DNA of 64,000 nt from Epiperipatus broadwayi (GCA_028023455.1 JAQFVV010000005.1:12958001-13022000), one strand, 5' to 3'. Shown: positions 26,865-41,722, counted from the first letter of the stretch. Made by a program: numbers and translations. The notes: a model not told the origin generated them from the letters alone.

Positions 26865-27399
26865 CTGAAAGCAAACAAAAAAAAAATCGTACTAATTTTT
26901 ATTAATTGTAAATTTTAAAACAAAATATAAAGTTAGTCTTCTATGATATTTGCAGTCTGAAAGATCCTCTTATAAACTGACATTGTATTTCTCAATTGCT
27001 TTCAAAAAGCATTTTGTTGCTCTGACTAAAAAAATAGAGAGGCTAAATAAAATAAAGAAGCATTTATATTGTTAAAGAAAAGACTGTGGGGTAGGAAAAA
27101 ACAAAAAAAATTGCCACAAGCTTTTGATTTAGCACTATGCAAACCAGATTCATGTGGAGAAGATCACAATTCACACCTGGAGAGGAAATAAACAGGCGTA
27201 TGCAGAAAAATAAATTACAATTAAATGTCAACAATTATGTGTAAAAAAATAAAAAGTTATTTACAGCAAAAGTAAATACAAATTGGGTAACAGGAAAAAA
27301 AAAACAGCTCTAATAAACTTTGTGAAAATGAATATGATCTTATAATAAAAAGCCTTATTTGAAGAAATAGTGTGTTAAATAAATAAATATTATTAATAA

Positions 27400-28560
27400 A
27401 AAATAGAAGTCTTGAAATACTTATTTTTTATATAAATGAGCAGTGAGTTTGTGAAAAACATCTTGCATAATGGAGAATGCAATTTCATTATAGAGTTTCA
27501 TTCAGAAGATAAATAGAGTGTTTGATTCATAATTGAACACAATAATAGCTAGATTTATAAAACAAAAAATGGCAGCTGATATTTTTGTATGAGAAGGTAG
27601 CAAAGGAATGAGTTGAAAGATAACTTAAAAAAATTTACTTCTACTAACAATATTCCAGATTAATGAAGGAGGGCATGATAATCAGATTATTGTATAAAAA
27701 TTGTTCACCAGTGATAAATAAGTAGCAATGATTTTCATAGCTAACAAAATATTTACATATATATTAATCAGAAGGTTAGAATTTGGATAGGAAAGCACAA
27801 AATTCATAAAGGAGATTCAGAATGAACAAGAAGATGGATAACATTAATTCATACATTATTATTTAATTAGCTAAATATTTTAATATATATATAAAATATT
27901 TTGATATGGTAGATGACAATAAATTGAAATGTAGTACAGAAATAGATATGAGATTGTTAAAAATTATTAAAAGTCTTTATAAAGATAATTTTATAAATAC
28001 CAACTGTCAAATATAAAACCAATGGAAGTTAAATGTTTTTGGATTGAAACAGATATTTCCATTCTTGCCTTTGTTATTTATTTTATTTGTTCAAGAATTT
28101 AAAAAATTGCCATTGTGATGATTCTCAGAATAAGAATTAGAATATCTAATACAACTAACTTCTTTCTTGTGTACTTTTTAGAAATTGTGTAAAATATATA
28201 ATACAGTTTTTAAAGAAATGAGCAAACACAAAAACAAATATGAAAATTCAATTTAGTCTAAAAATATATAAGACACCAGTACTTAATAGGATGCCTGAAA
28301 CTGAGTGATTCCAAATGAAAGATATTTATAAGTGACTATTTTCTACATGGATAGAACTTTTTATTAAAAGTACTATTGGTCATACCTGTCATCAAAGTTG
28401 CCATCTTATTGCATTTGCCTGGGCAGAAGATAACTGAAATTTTTCATTGATTGTATAATCTGGAAGTGCTTCAAAACTCATATATGAAGTCTAGATAGAT
28501 TAAATAAATACTTAGTTTAGTCATTTAGACCCATTACTCATCTGATTCCATTTTCATAAT
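27400..28560 (+). mobile_element. Very degenerate LINE RT relic
   Basis: GLKQIFPFLPLLFILFV at about 28041-28091 resembles GLRQGCPLSPLLF. Confidence 0.4.
28386..28418 (-). CDS. Candidate 33-nt exon
   Basis: ttatcttctgcccag|..KCNKMATLMT..CAG|gtatga, phase 1-1; it lies in a LINE relic and may be chance. Confidence 0.2.
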
Positions 28561-28647
28561 ATATATATATATCAAGGGGAGAGTCATCAGGAATTTAATT
28601 TTGCATTAATCTTGGTGAACATATCTATGAAGATTTCTTAAAGAAAG

Positions 28648-28862
28648 TGTAGTGTATTCGTGGTGACGTCACAGTTACTGCAGAATGTATATTATCGCAA
28701 CTGCGAGACTTGCGAGGGAAGCCATGTTAGTTAGACATAGACTACGAAATGGAATACGGACGGTGATTATTCTTCTCTAGTAATTATAAGCATTATGTAT
28801 AGTAATAGTAATAAATGATCAAACTAGTAAAGTGTGTTTATATGTATTCGTGATACACAACA
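28648..28862 (+). repeat. 5' LTR
   Basis: tgtagtg...cacaaca, identical by eye to the 3' LTR. Confidence 0.95.
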
Positions 28863-28865
28863 CTT

Positions 28866-28883
28866 TGGCGATGAGGATGGGAT
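28866..28883 (+). promoter_or_regulatory. Primer-binding site, tRNA-Ser(GCT)
   Basis: tggcgatgaggatgggat is complementary to the tRNA-Ser(GCT) 3' end AUCCCAUCCUCGUCGCCA with one G-T pair. Confidence 0.85.
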
Positions 28884-28983
28884 GCCGCTAGCTGCATTAT
28901 TTTCGTTACCTTTGGGATTACGGCAAGAAATGACAGAAATACTTTTCTTCGCGAAGACGTTCGACAAGGCGTAATGCTCAAGG

Positions 28984-31900
28984 ATGGCAACTGTCGGGAA
29001 GTTATCTGCATTCGACGTCGAGTTCCAACAACTATGGGATACGTATGCATCACAGGTCGAATTCTATTGTCTGGCGAATGATATTACAAGCGAAGACAAG
29101 AAACGAGCTACCTTGTTGGCAGCCTGCGGACTACAAACACTATCAATATTGCGGTCTTTGATAGCCCCAGCTCAGCCATTAGAAAGGTCATATGACGAGC
29201 TCACTGCTGTGTTAAAACAATACTTCAATCCAAGGCCTCTATAATCTATCAGCGTTACCAGTTTTGCCGTCGTGAACAAAAACAAGGAGAGACTATTAGT
29301 GTTTTTCTCGCGGAACTGAGACGTCTCGCGGAGGGATGTGATTTTGGCACGACACTCGTCGAGCGCCTCCGTGATCAGTTTGTTTGTGGACTGAGAGAGG
29401 AGAGTGTACAGCGCCGACTGCTCACCGAAGAAACATTAACCCTAGATACCGCAGTGCAGAGGAGTTTAGCAGCCGAGGCAGCAGGGACCCAGGTGCGGGA
29501 GATGCATGCTTCTGGATTGTCATCATCAGTGGATCTAATACAACACCGCCGGCAGTTTCCTACCAAATATAAAACTGAGTTACAAAAACATATAATGCCG
29601 ACTGTGTCATGTTGCGGCTGTGGTGGTACACATGTTCGTACAGAATGCCCCTTTCGCCGAGCAAAATGCCATTTTTGCCGAAAGACAGGTCACATCCAAA
29701 GGGTATGTAAGGCCCGACAACAGGACACCCAGACATCATCCTCCCAGTGCATGGCAGTGAAAGGGGAATTGGATACTGATGGGGCATTGGACTTAATATA
29801 CAAGCTCCATAGTGACAGCAAAACTCTTAGAACTACAGCAAGAGTGCTTATTAACAATACTAAATGCTGCATGGAAGTAGATTCCGGATCGGAATATTCA
29901 ATTGTATCTCGGGAGGTTTTCCAAGACTTGTGTAAAAGGAAACCGCCAGTGTTGGATCCTGTGCAAACGACACTGCGAGATTTTCAGCAAAACCGGATCA
30001 CCTTTATGGGACAGTGCTTTGTCAGCGTCAAATACGGAAAGTATTCAGCTTGTTTACGCCTGTTAATTGCGGAGAGGGCATGTACAAACTACTTGGCCGT
30101 GAATGGTTTGCCCCCTTGGGAATATTTTTGTCGGGAGTGCATTCAGTTCGACATTCACCAATGCAAGATATCATTGATGCTTTTCCCCAGGTTTTCAGCA
30201 CTACTCTTGGAAGATATCGAGGATCGCCAGTGTCTTTACCGATAGACCCAAAAATACCACCTATTCGCCTCCGAGCCGGCCATTGCCATTGGCCATGAAA
30301 CCAAAGGTTGACACAGCGCTAGACACCTTATTAAAGGACGGAATCATTGAGCCAGTTTGCGACCCTGTATGGGCAACACCAGTGGTGCCCATCATCAAAG
30401 CGTCAGGAGAGGTCCGCCTTTGCGGTGATTATAAGGTGACCGTAAATCAGGCATTAAGAGATCACCCATACCCAATACCGGCAGTACACCATTTTCTCGC
30501 ATCGTTTCCTAGGAGTTCAGTATTCGCAAAAATAGACTTAGCTCGAGCATACCTACAACTGCCGGTAGATGAGGCATCGGCGGATGCACAGACCATTATC
30601 ACTCATCGGGGAGCTTTCCGAGTGAAGAGATTGCAGTACGGCATTAGCGTGGCCCCAGGAATATTTCAGGGAATGGTGAACAACATACTAGGAGGTATTC
30701 AGGGAGTTTTCCCATACTTCGATGATGTACTGATATGTGCAACATCTGATACGGACCTAACCACCAAATTAAGAACAGTCTGCAGCAAATTGGCTGCCTG
30801 TGGGCTGAGTATAAATAAAGACAAATGTGTCCTCGGAGTGTCGTCGATAGATTTTTTGGGATACACCCTGGATGCAGAGGGCCTGCACCCAGCAGCCGAC
30901 AAGGTGGCTGCTATTAGGAGAGCACTGACACCAACAGATAAGAAAAAGCTATAGGCATTCTTGGGGTTGCTCAACTTCTACAGTAACTTTTTGCCACACC
31001 GAGCTACGACAGCCGAACCACTACATCAATTGCTTAAGGCGGAGACAGTATGGTCATGGACCAAAGAACACGAGAGAGCGTTTACACAATTGAAGGAGGC
31101 CCTGACGTCTGACGATGTGCTGGTGTCCTTCGACCCCCGCCAACAAGTGGTGGTAACCTGCAACACTTCACCATATGGAGTGGGAGCAGTACTTAGCCTG
31201 AAGTATGCAAACGGCCTATGTTCACCGGTTGCTTTTGCATCACGAACACTCACCAAGTCTGAAAGAAATTATGCTCAGATAGACCGGGAAGCACTTGCTA
31301 TTATATTCGGGGTGAAACATTTCCACCATTTAGTATATGGAATACCGTTCGAGATAGTGACTGACCACAAGCCACTGTTGGGAATCTTCACGTCGGACCG
31401 GCCGACCCCATTCATTCTATCACCTCGAATGCAAAGGTGGGCATGCTTTTTGACGGTTTACAACTTCAGACTGCAGTATGTACCAGGGAGGAGCATGGGG
31501 AATGCAGATGCACTGAGTAGGTGGCCATCCCCTGCAGTTCAGCAGAGTGAGGAGAAGCTGCGAGCAGTACTATTCCTTGAGGACTTGGAAAACCCACCAG
31601 TTTCTGCAGAACAGATCAAGAAAGAGACTAAAGCAGATCCTGTGCTATCTAGAGTAAAGGAGTGCATCCTGACAGCATGGCCAACACACATTCAACAAGA
31701 TCTTCGATCTTATCAGTCGCGAAGAAATGAGTTGTCAACACACCGAGGATGTTTGCTGTGGGGGGCACGAGTGGTCATACCGACATCTCTTAGACCCATA
31801 GTTCTTCGTGAGCTGCACCTGGGACACATGGGAATTGTGAGAACAAAAGCACTTGCACGCTCATATGTCTGGTGGCCTGGAATGGACCAGGACATAGAAC

Positions 31901-32877
31901 AATTAATAGCTAAATGTAACAACTGTCAAGAGATACGACACCAGCAACCACGTGCACCAACACATCACTGGGAGATTCCAGCTCTGCCATGGTCACGAAT
32001 ACATGTGGATTATGCTGGACCTATCCAGGGGAAAATGATTTTAGTTGTCGTGGATGCACACTCGAAATGGATCGACATCCGTGAAATGCCATCGACAACG
32101 ACTGGAGCTACCATCTCAGCACTTAGGGAACTTTTCGCAACACACGGTCTTCCCGAGTGCATTGTCTCAGATAACGGCCCTCAGTTCACTGCGATGGAGT
32201 TCACCACCTTCCTTCACCAGAATGGTATTCGCCACACAAGAGTTGCTCCGTATCACCCATCAAGCAACGGGTTGGCAGAACGTGCAGTACAATCGGTTAA
32301 GGAGGGATTGCAACGTCTACGCAATGGGACCTGGAGTCAGCGGCTTGCACGTTATTTACTAATTCAACACACTACGCCATCAACAGCAACGGGACTTAGC
32401 CCGGCCGAGCTATTGTTCAAGCAGCGCATAAGAACATACCTGGATTTTCTGCACCCCGACAGGGCACCGCAAATAACTCAGATACCTATACAAAGGGTAC
32501 GAACATTCCAACCACAGGATACAATTTTAACACGTAGGGCTGGAAAGAACTCACCATGGATACCTGCAGTCATCCAACATCAGACAGGACCATTGTCATA
32601 TGAGATTCAAATGGACTCCGGAATTCAAAAGAGACATGTAGACCACTTGCGACCTAGAGCGGTAAATACCCACACAGAGGAAACTGCGTCAAACCAGGAT
32701 AGTCAGAATGAGACAGCACTTGGAGAACCCATTCAGGTGGCTGCACCTACCACCAGTATACACCGAGAGAGTGAATCACAAACACCTAGTGGTCGCCCTC
32801 GGCGAGTACGCCACCCTCCTGCACGTCTGTTGGACTATGACACTTCTCAAAAAAGGGGGGAAAGGGAAGGAGTGTAG
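28984..32877 (+). pseudogene. Disrupted gag-pol polyprotein
   Basis: Gag LRDQFVCGL; two Zn knuckles (about 29608-29709); protease VDSG; RT YFDD (ORF 30283-30954); RNase H; integrase HHCC and D,D35E (HVDYAG / SDNG / GLAERAV). There are 1-nt frameshifts at about 29240, 30095 and 30285, an in-frame TAG at 30952, and RNase H D>N at 31162. Confidence 0.95.
32849..32872 (+). promoter_or_regulatory. Polypurine tract
   Basis: aaaaaaggggggaaagggaaggag immediately before the 3' LTR. Confidence 0.9.
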
Positions 32878-33087
32878 TGTATTCGTGGTGACGTCACAGT
32901 TACTGCAGAATGTATATTATCGCAACTGCGAGACTTGCGAGGGAAGCCATGTTAGTTAGACATAGACTACGAAATGGAATACGGACGGTGATTATTCTTC
33001 TCTAGTAATTATAAGCATTATGTATAGTAATAGTAATAAATGATCAAACTAGTAAAGTGTGTTTATATGTATTCGTGATACACAACA
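32873..33087 (+). repeat. 3' LTR
   Basis: Identical to the 5' LTR; the pol stop codon lies in its first bases. Confidence 0.95.
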
Positions 33088-36000
33088 GAAAGCCCATTAA
33101 AGCCATTGTTGATGTTGGATGATAAGCTCAAGCAACAATTTCTCTCCAATCAATGACCTATTTTACAGTCAAGCAACTAAATGTAAAATAGTCAAAGGGG
33201 TAGTTCTGGGCCAATTATCAACAAACTAAAATTGGAAAAGCAAAACTATCAAATAATGAAATGGCTAAAACATAGATTCTGGAATATAAGTGCTATTACT
33301 GCAGAGATCTGATACCTGGCCCAAAATTGTAAATGAAGAAACAAATAATTCAAGAGATGTGGAAGCAAGGCCATAAAACCAACATATGTATTAAAAGTAA
33401 AAAGTAAGATAAAGGAAAGATAAATGTTAAGTCACAACATTTATAAAGAAATGTTTGTTGAATCCTGAATAAAAATAATGCTGACTCTCAAAAAAAAATG
33501 ATGGCAAACCCATTGCTATGAAAACTGATAATAATGTAAGCATTTTATTAAAAAGACAATGTAATTAAATTCCAACCATCCAAATATTCCATGTCTAAAA
33601 AAACTACATTCGAGGTATAATGATAAAAATAGCAATTCACTTGAAATGAAGTGTTCACTAATAACTCAATTAAAATAAAAAAAACTGTTTACTTGTCATG
33701 ATGAACAAAATTACTGAAACACTACTACTATAAATTACTCAGCTCTATATAAAGTTGATAATAAGCAGAGAATGATTTAACCTTTTTGGTACTGAAATTA
33801 GCATAATAAAAAATATTATTATTAACCAAAAAAAAAAAGATATCTGACTCCCTTTTATAAAAGAAATGGGTAAAATTAATTTCAGCATCTACAGAAATAA
33901 ATCTACAGAAATTATTGAACCTTAGTATATAAATACATTATAAGGTGTTTTATGTAATGGTAAAAGATATAAATACTACTGGATATGATAAAAAAATGAT
34001 TGTATTGTATTCAGAATGAATTATCTTCATTTTTACTACTGCTGAATAAAATCTACATCCAGTCCAAAGTTCCAGTAATAACTGAAGGCATAATACACTT
34101 CACTAAGCTTAACATCACAGCTGTTGTACATCAAACTATCACAATAAAAAAGTTGGCAACAGTACTAATAGTTATTATAATAGAATGCTCTTAGAATCAT
34201 AATGGCCTCAAACATTTTGCAAATTAAAATAATAGCATTATTCTGATAAATAGAACGAAATCAACTAATAAAGTTTGTAATGAGTTTCTCAAATTAGAAA
34301 AGTGAGAAAAATGAAATCTCTAAGCCAAAAAAAAAAAAGCCATCCTGAAAAGGTTTAATAAATTAAGAATGCATTATAATCTACAGATGTTAGTGTTGCA
34401 ACTGATCTTTGGTTTAATAAACAACGCTTGTGAGAAATTTTTTTCATGGAAAAGATACAAATAGTCACATCAATTTATTCTTTGTATTTTGAAGTAAAGC
34501 AAGAAAATTCTTACTATTAAAATTAAGATATTCTTGGCATAATTTATCAAAGCACTATTAGCTGATTTTCTGGGGATTATTATGCACTTGTTTGAAACAA
34601 GTCCCCATCCTAATTACTTTCAGAAATATTTGACATATTTAAGACTGTTCATTTGCAATGACTTCCTGTTCTTTTACCCATCTCTGTCAGATATCAGAAG
34701 AGAAGTTGCCTCACAGAACATAAATAAAAAGCTGCTAAGCAGATTGAACTTATTGAAACTCAAGATACAGCTTCACCATCTAAGTCTCATCTCAAATCAA
34801 AGTCCTTTTTCTGAATGCTTAATCAAAAAGCTTGTATTATGAGTAATGCAACAATTATGTAAATATTAATAATTTAAAAAGCATTAACTATTAAAATATG
34901 AATCTATTTCATGATTTCTAAAAATAGAGGATTAAAATTTAGTTAATTTTGTCAAATACCACAATATATCTATTTTAAACACAGACACACATGTGTATAT
35001 ATATTTATTGATTGTGTGATTTTTATTTTTCATTCAAAAATTTAAAGATTGCATCTTGTTTCTATTCAAATAAAAAAAAGGCTTTACCACTGAAGAATTT
35101 TGATGTAAAAAAAGAAATGATGTTCTAAACAAATTTCTTTTTTTTTCAAATCAAGCCAGTTGGATATGAACTTTCAGATGCCACTGGAGTTTCATCAAAA
35201 GATTCATGACTATCTAGTCGTTTTGAAATTTGCTTCATAAATAAAATTTAACAGCTACTGATCTATGTAAATGTGAGAAAATTCAACTATATAGTTAATG
35301 AGTATTGATTTTATAGATATAATGGTAAAACTGAAGGAATTAATAAAGCCACTAACTGTTAATAGTAAAGCTATCTAAGTAGTGCATTTTAAAAATAAAT
35401 ATATACCCCACAATATGGTGAAAGGATAATAGTTTTTGGGTCTTAGATAGTACGAGACCATCTGAGTTCAAAAATATTATGATAAATAAGTCTATTGCCA
35501 AATTATTGAATATAGTAACAGTACTTTTCACCAACATGCAGATACTCTCTTTAATAGTCAGTTAACATAAAAGCTAGGATTAACTTATATCAATAAACTG
35601 AATTTAAAACTGCTTAATAGTGGCTAGCTTAACAAAGGCTCTCCCATGTTATCAGATAATACTAAATTGAATTAGTAAGGCTTGCCAACTCAATGCTTTA
35701 AGAATTTTACAACACTTCTAATTTGCACACAAGCACCTATCAGTAAACCAAAGTTGAAGGCAGAGTATTGATTTTCTGTCAAGATTACAAATAATATTTA
35801 GAGTTATTATATCAAGATCATCCTGGCATAGTTAGAACCAAGAATTAGTTAGTGGCTATGTCTGCTGGCCAGAGTTAGCAGTGATATATCATATTGTATG
35901 AAGATGCTGCATACCAAACAATGTCAAATGTTATCCCCATAAAAGTATTTACTGGGGAAAGACAATACCCAAAGTGTACAGGGTGTGAATTCAACAATCC

Positions 36001-36276
36001 AAAAATAGGTAATAATGCAAAAAAAATTATTTTTGAATCTCATATAGATATCAATAAAAAACAATAAATTTATTTGAAACTTCTCCCAAACCAAGATCAA
36101 AAATGACTGTGTCTAAACTATTGTTGATGGTATGCAATCAATATTTTCAAGGAGGCAAGTTTTTACTTAAAGGAGGTAATAAACGCTTTTGACCTTAAAA
36201 TTCAATTTATTAAAGCAAAAGTATATAAAGACACATTAAATAAATGTTTTATTAGGCATAAAAAGTTCATGCATAA

Positions 36277-39200
36277 TGCTATGTCTGGAAGCATAACTCC
36301 TGCTCTCCGAACCGCATGAGATCTAAATTCATCCCCTGGTAAATACCACAACTAATATAGTTAAAATTTAGTATCTAATATATCTATATGAGAGGTTTAC
36401 ATTATTAATTAACAGATATTCATTTTTAATAATATATATAAAGACCTGTAGGCATACAGAAATAATAATGATCTATATGACCTGTTAAAAGTCTTGACTT
36501 ACTTACTTTGGCATGTTCAGAAGTAAGTCTCTCCACACTGGAGAGTTTAGGGAACATTTAGTGATATCCAGCACCAAGGTTAAATGTCCATCTGCACACC
36601 AGAAGCTTCCATCAGCAAGTGTTCATTTCTCTTTTTTCTCACTTACTCTTCTGATTGGCACTTCTTTTAGATCTCGCTAATAAGGTAATTATTTCACTTA
36701 TTCAAGATATATCCTGGATCGAAGAATTTTTCTTCTATTCAAGTTATTCTTGGACTTTTTGGGTTATTATCAATGAATGGAACAGGAACTCACAATCATT
36801 TAATTATTAATGATATATATTTTTACTGAAAGAATTTCATTACTTATCTATAGAAATTTTAACTAATTGCTTTTTTCATTTACTTAGAAATTAATATTTT
36901 CTGATCATGTAATACTATTTTAATTTATTTAAGTTTACTATTCTTAAGCTGAATTATTTAATTACTGTGTATGTATTTTATATATATGTATATACAGCAT
37001 CCTATTACAATGAACTATTTTATGTGTATGTATTTAAACTTACACACACATCCATACCACACTTTCTCAATGTTCAGATATTTATTTTTTCTGTGGACCT
37101 AAAATAAAGTCATGGAGATAATTTGAAATCCTTCTTTCGCTTTTTAACATTGAAGTGTATTTATCATAATTTCACTTGTTATATTACCCTCTGGTATACA
37201 TAGTTGATCTATGTCAAGGTGGCTAAACTCTGTTTCTGGTTTAGTATCTTCATTTAGTAGAATTTCATTGATATACATTCTCTTGATTAATTCAGGTATT
37301 ATATCCACCGTTTCATCTTTATGCAGTTGATTGACATGTTTGCGGAATATTTTTTCATCATTTATATGAACCGTCACCATTTGCTTTGATAGGTGACAAA
37401 ACTTCGGCTTGTGATCAGAATTTATTTAGGTTATTTTTAACCCATACTGTTGTTTCCTCAGGTGTAAACTTATGTGTTCTCAGTTGATTCATTATGATCC
37501 TCTATTGGTATAATATTTGAGAATTTAGTGTGCAGTTTTTGACCTAGATATATTTCAGTAGGTGATTTACCAGATTAAGCAGCTGGAGTCAAATGCTGAT
37601 AAATCAGTGTGGTAAGGACTGCTTCCTCTATTCTTGTTTTCCCCATATTATTTATGGATAACTTAAAGTTTTGCGTAGCTTTTTCGGGTAATTTGTTAGA
37701 GTTGAGGATGGTAAGGGGGTGTGAGGACATGTTTTATCACCCATTCTTGCATATCCTTCTCGAATTTCTCTGATGTAAAGTCAGTTCCATTGTCTGAAAC
37801 TAAGGTTTCAAGTAGACCATGGTATGAAAAAATTATCATATAATTTATCAAATGTTTCATCCAAACTAGTATTTTTAATTTATTTATATTCGGACTACCC
37901 TGAATATGCATCCACAACTACTAAGAATAAATGTCACTTGATTGAGCCACAGTGATTGATGTGGATCTGGTGCCATGGCCACTCAGCTTTTGACCATGCT
38001 TTAAACTTTGATATAGAATTTTGATGCATGTTAGACAATTACCACATTTTTAAATGTATTTTTCAATATCAATGTTAATGCTCACCCACCAGACATAATT
38101 ATGGGTTAAAGCCTTTGCCCTAACAATGCCCAGATGATTTTTATGCAATAATTTAAAAATTGCATTTCTCCCCTTAATTGGGATTATCACTTGATTGGCT
38201 CTCAGAATGCAGCCTTTGCAGAGGGACAACTACTTACAAGCATTCCCTAGTTCTTTATGGAGAAAAATTGTATGTTACTTAGGCTATCTTGTACTAATTT
38301 GATTTCTAATCCATTGGTAGCCATCATCTTTCTTTGTCCATGCAGGTACTATTCTGCTATTGAGGGTTTGACTCTTTAGCACATAGATATAGTTAATTTT
38401 TACTTTAGTTATATCGGTCTCCAACTAGTCACGTATTGGCATGCTGTATTTGCATTCCGTTCTCATATTCTAGAATGTAGTCATATTCTTCCAGAATGTC
38501 ATGCAAGGGCTAAGGTGTTTGGGAACTTGTTTGTTGCCTAAAATACCAAGCAGGGGTATGTGATCAGTTATTATAGTAAATATATATCCATATAAATATT
38601 GATGAAATTTTCTGATGCCAAATAATATTGCAAGAGCTTCCTTGTTCAGCTGACTATAATTTTTCTCTGCTTTGGACAAGATAGGCAAAGCATAGAAAAT
38701 GGATCATTCATCTGACAATACAGGGTGACAGAGTGCTGCTCTGACTTCAAATTCAGATGCATCTGTAGTAAGAGTAACTTTCAAATTGCTATTATATTGC
38801 TCTAGTAATTTATTGGAAGTTAACAACAACTTTGTACACAAAAATGCTTTTTTCCTGATCAGCTTTCCATTTCCATTTCTGGTTTTTAAGAAGATCATAT
38901 AAGGATGCAACATAAGTTTTCTCTTCCAAAAAATATTCAAAATATTTTTATGGCTCCCATAAAAGCTTGTAATTGCTTAATGTTATTAGGTCCTGGAGCT
39001 TCTGCTACAGCATTGGCCTATTTTGGTAAACAGGATATGTGCCATTTTTGGGAATGATATGGCCTAAAAACTTTGATTTCACTAGCCATCCAGGTACATT
39101 TTTGGGTATTAACCTTTGCTCTGAATTCATCGAGTTTTTTGCATCTTTTACGTAGACAAATTCCAAGTTCATTTTCTGTTGTAGCGGTAACAAGAATGTC

Positions 39201-41722
39201 ATCAAAAATGGAATGATGCACTCAAATCCATGAAGGAAGATTTCAATTTTTAACTGAAAGATACTGGGAGCAGAAGGTATCCCAAATAGAAACCTTTTGC
39301 ATTTAAATAATCATATGTACATAATTAATGTTAAAATTTTAGTGGTTTTTTCAGTGACTGGTATCTGAAAGAAGACAACATTTAAATCTAATTTTGTAAA
39401 AAAAATTGATTTCTGTAGAGACACTATTATTTTTCTAGCATTGGAAACAAGGCATGTTCTTTTGCTAATAACTTTATTTACTGATACTTGATAATCATGG
39501 AACAAATGAATTTGATGGTTATGTTTAGTAATAATTACTAATGGCATAGCCCAAGTGAATTTTTCCATGAGTTCTAACAGGCCTCTCTTAATTAACTGGT
39601 TCATTAATTTCCTTCTCAACTCTTTCCTTCTTAGTAAATGGAACAATACACAGTTTGCAAATTATGGGTGTTGCCTCAGGGATTATCTGTAATGAAACAG
39701 GAGCTGTTTTAATAGTAAACAAACTAGGAAATTTCTCATTTTTTTTGCAATTTCAATCTTTTTATAACTTTTATTTCTAATTTTCTGAACCAGTTCTGGC
39801 CTATCAATGGGTTAATAGGAACATAAACTAAGCATAAAGGTAACTTGACTACTTTTCCCTCTATTCTACTCACAAGGGCTTTAACATACTTTTAATTTTG
39901 ATATCATTGCCATTCACATCCAGAGCTTTTAAGTCTGTTTTCTCTATTGCCATGTTTTATTACAATTTGAAGTTACAAAAAACCATTCCCAGAATGAGAT
40001 TAGATATACACCACTTACATTAGCAACCTCCATAGATATGTGCTGGTCACACAATTTTAATTTTAGCACTATTTTGTAACCTTCAGTGAGGATTATATTT
40101 TTTATATTGGCTAATTGATTTTCCTACCTATTTAATGTACCCTTATGACTACTTCTTTCTTTGTCAGGTTCATTATTTATATTTTTACACATCATTTCGA
40201 TGCAACATTTTTTTTTTTTTTTTTTACAAATTTTGTAATATTCATCTTTATGGAAACAACAAAAACAAATAAATAAATTTTTACTGTTAGAATTCTTGTC
40301 TTTGATATTAGTAGATTCTTTTTTAATTGGAATATGCATTTTGCACATTATCATTTTCCTTAAACTCAACAAACTTACTTGATTGTTCAAGAACTAATTT
40401 GTAAGCTATCCCATGTTTTATAGCTTCATTATAATTTAAATCACTAATAGTTCATAATTGCTGCCTTAAACTGTCATTAATCATATACTTCAGAAATTGC
40501 TCTAGGAGCCTCATCAAGGAAAGAATCATAGATACAATTTTTGGCCATGTTATGAAGAGCAGTATTGTAATCTTTTACTCTTTCATCCCTTTCCTGATAG
40601 CTGTCATGGAAATGAAGTCTGGTGGCATGCTTAGAGGAATGAGGACTTAAATAATTGAATAATCAATCTTTAAATTTGACCGGATAAAAAAATCTTCAGG
40701 CATCTGAGATTCTGAGAGTGTATTTGCTATCTCTAAAACTTCTTTACCAGCAAAACAATAATGTTACCACTTTAATGTTATCCTCTTCAACTCTGTTAAT
40801 GAAAGAGATATTTTTTGACATGTTGGATGTACAGAGGCCAACTACCTGCCTCACTGACATCAAACTCTCTGATTGACAATTGCATTTTAGCCTATCATTC
40901 AATACCCATAAATCTAACCATTAAAATACTAATTGATTCCAGGTTTAAATCAGAACTGCACCAATTGCTATGTCTAGAAGCATAACTCTTACTCTCTAGA
41001 CCGCAAGAGATTTAAATTTATCCCTGATAGATACCACAATTAATACAATTAAAATTTAGTATTTAATATATCTACATGATAGGTTTATATTATTAATTAA
41101 CAGATATATGATTTAACAACATATATATAGACCAATCTGAATGACCTGTTAAGTCCCTAGATGTTTGCTTTGGCATGTTTGGAGGCAAGTCTCTTCACAC
41201 TGGAAGCTTAAGGTACATAGGGTGATGTCCAGCATCAAGATTAAATGTCCATCTGCACATCAGAAGGTTCCAACAGCAAGTGTTCATTTCTTTTTCTCAC
41301 TTAGCTTCTATCAATTGATGTCCAATTACACTTCTGATTGACTTTTCTATTTGAGATATATCCTAGATTAGAGAATTTTATTTCTATTAGGTTCTATTAA
41401 AAGATTATTTTAGGATTTCTAAAGTTGTTTCAATAAATGGATCAGGAGCTCACAATCATTTAATTATTAACAATATATATTTTTGCTGAAAAAATTTCAT
41501 TACTTATCTCCAGAGATTTTAACTAATTGCGCTTTTTATTTATTTAGTAATTAATCTTTTCTGATTACGTTATAATAATTTAATGTATTTAAGCTTACTA
41601 TTCTTAAGAAACTAAATTTTTTAATTACTGTGTATCTATTTTACATATTTGTATATACATTGTCCTATTACAATTAACCATTTTATGTGTATGTATTTAA
41701 TCATACACACCCATACATAACA
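36277..41722 (-). mobile_element. Old degenerate Ty3/Gypsy LTR retrotransposon
   Basis: Diverged LTRs at 36277-37061 and 40966-41722; TSD cataa/caaaa; PBS tggtgcagtt (40954-40963); RT (WAMPLV, FTKLDL), RNase H (TDASEFEV, NYSQLNKEALAI) and integrase (LVSDNGTDFTS, TPPYHPQ) fragments, with many stops. Confidence 0.9.

Larger units (their letters stand above)
28648..33087 (+). mobile_element. Full-length Ty3/Gypsy LTR retrotransposon (Mag-like)
   Basis: Identical 215-bp TG...CA LTRs; 5-bp TSD gaaag (28643-28647 and 33088-33092); PBS; PPT; gag-PR-RT-RH-IN order. Confidence 0.97.

Noticed and set aside
33900-35300. Possible DNA-transposon relics
   Set aside because: Only faint peptide hints (SQAL..IK, SFDETPV); no TIR or TSD could be established.
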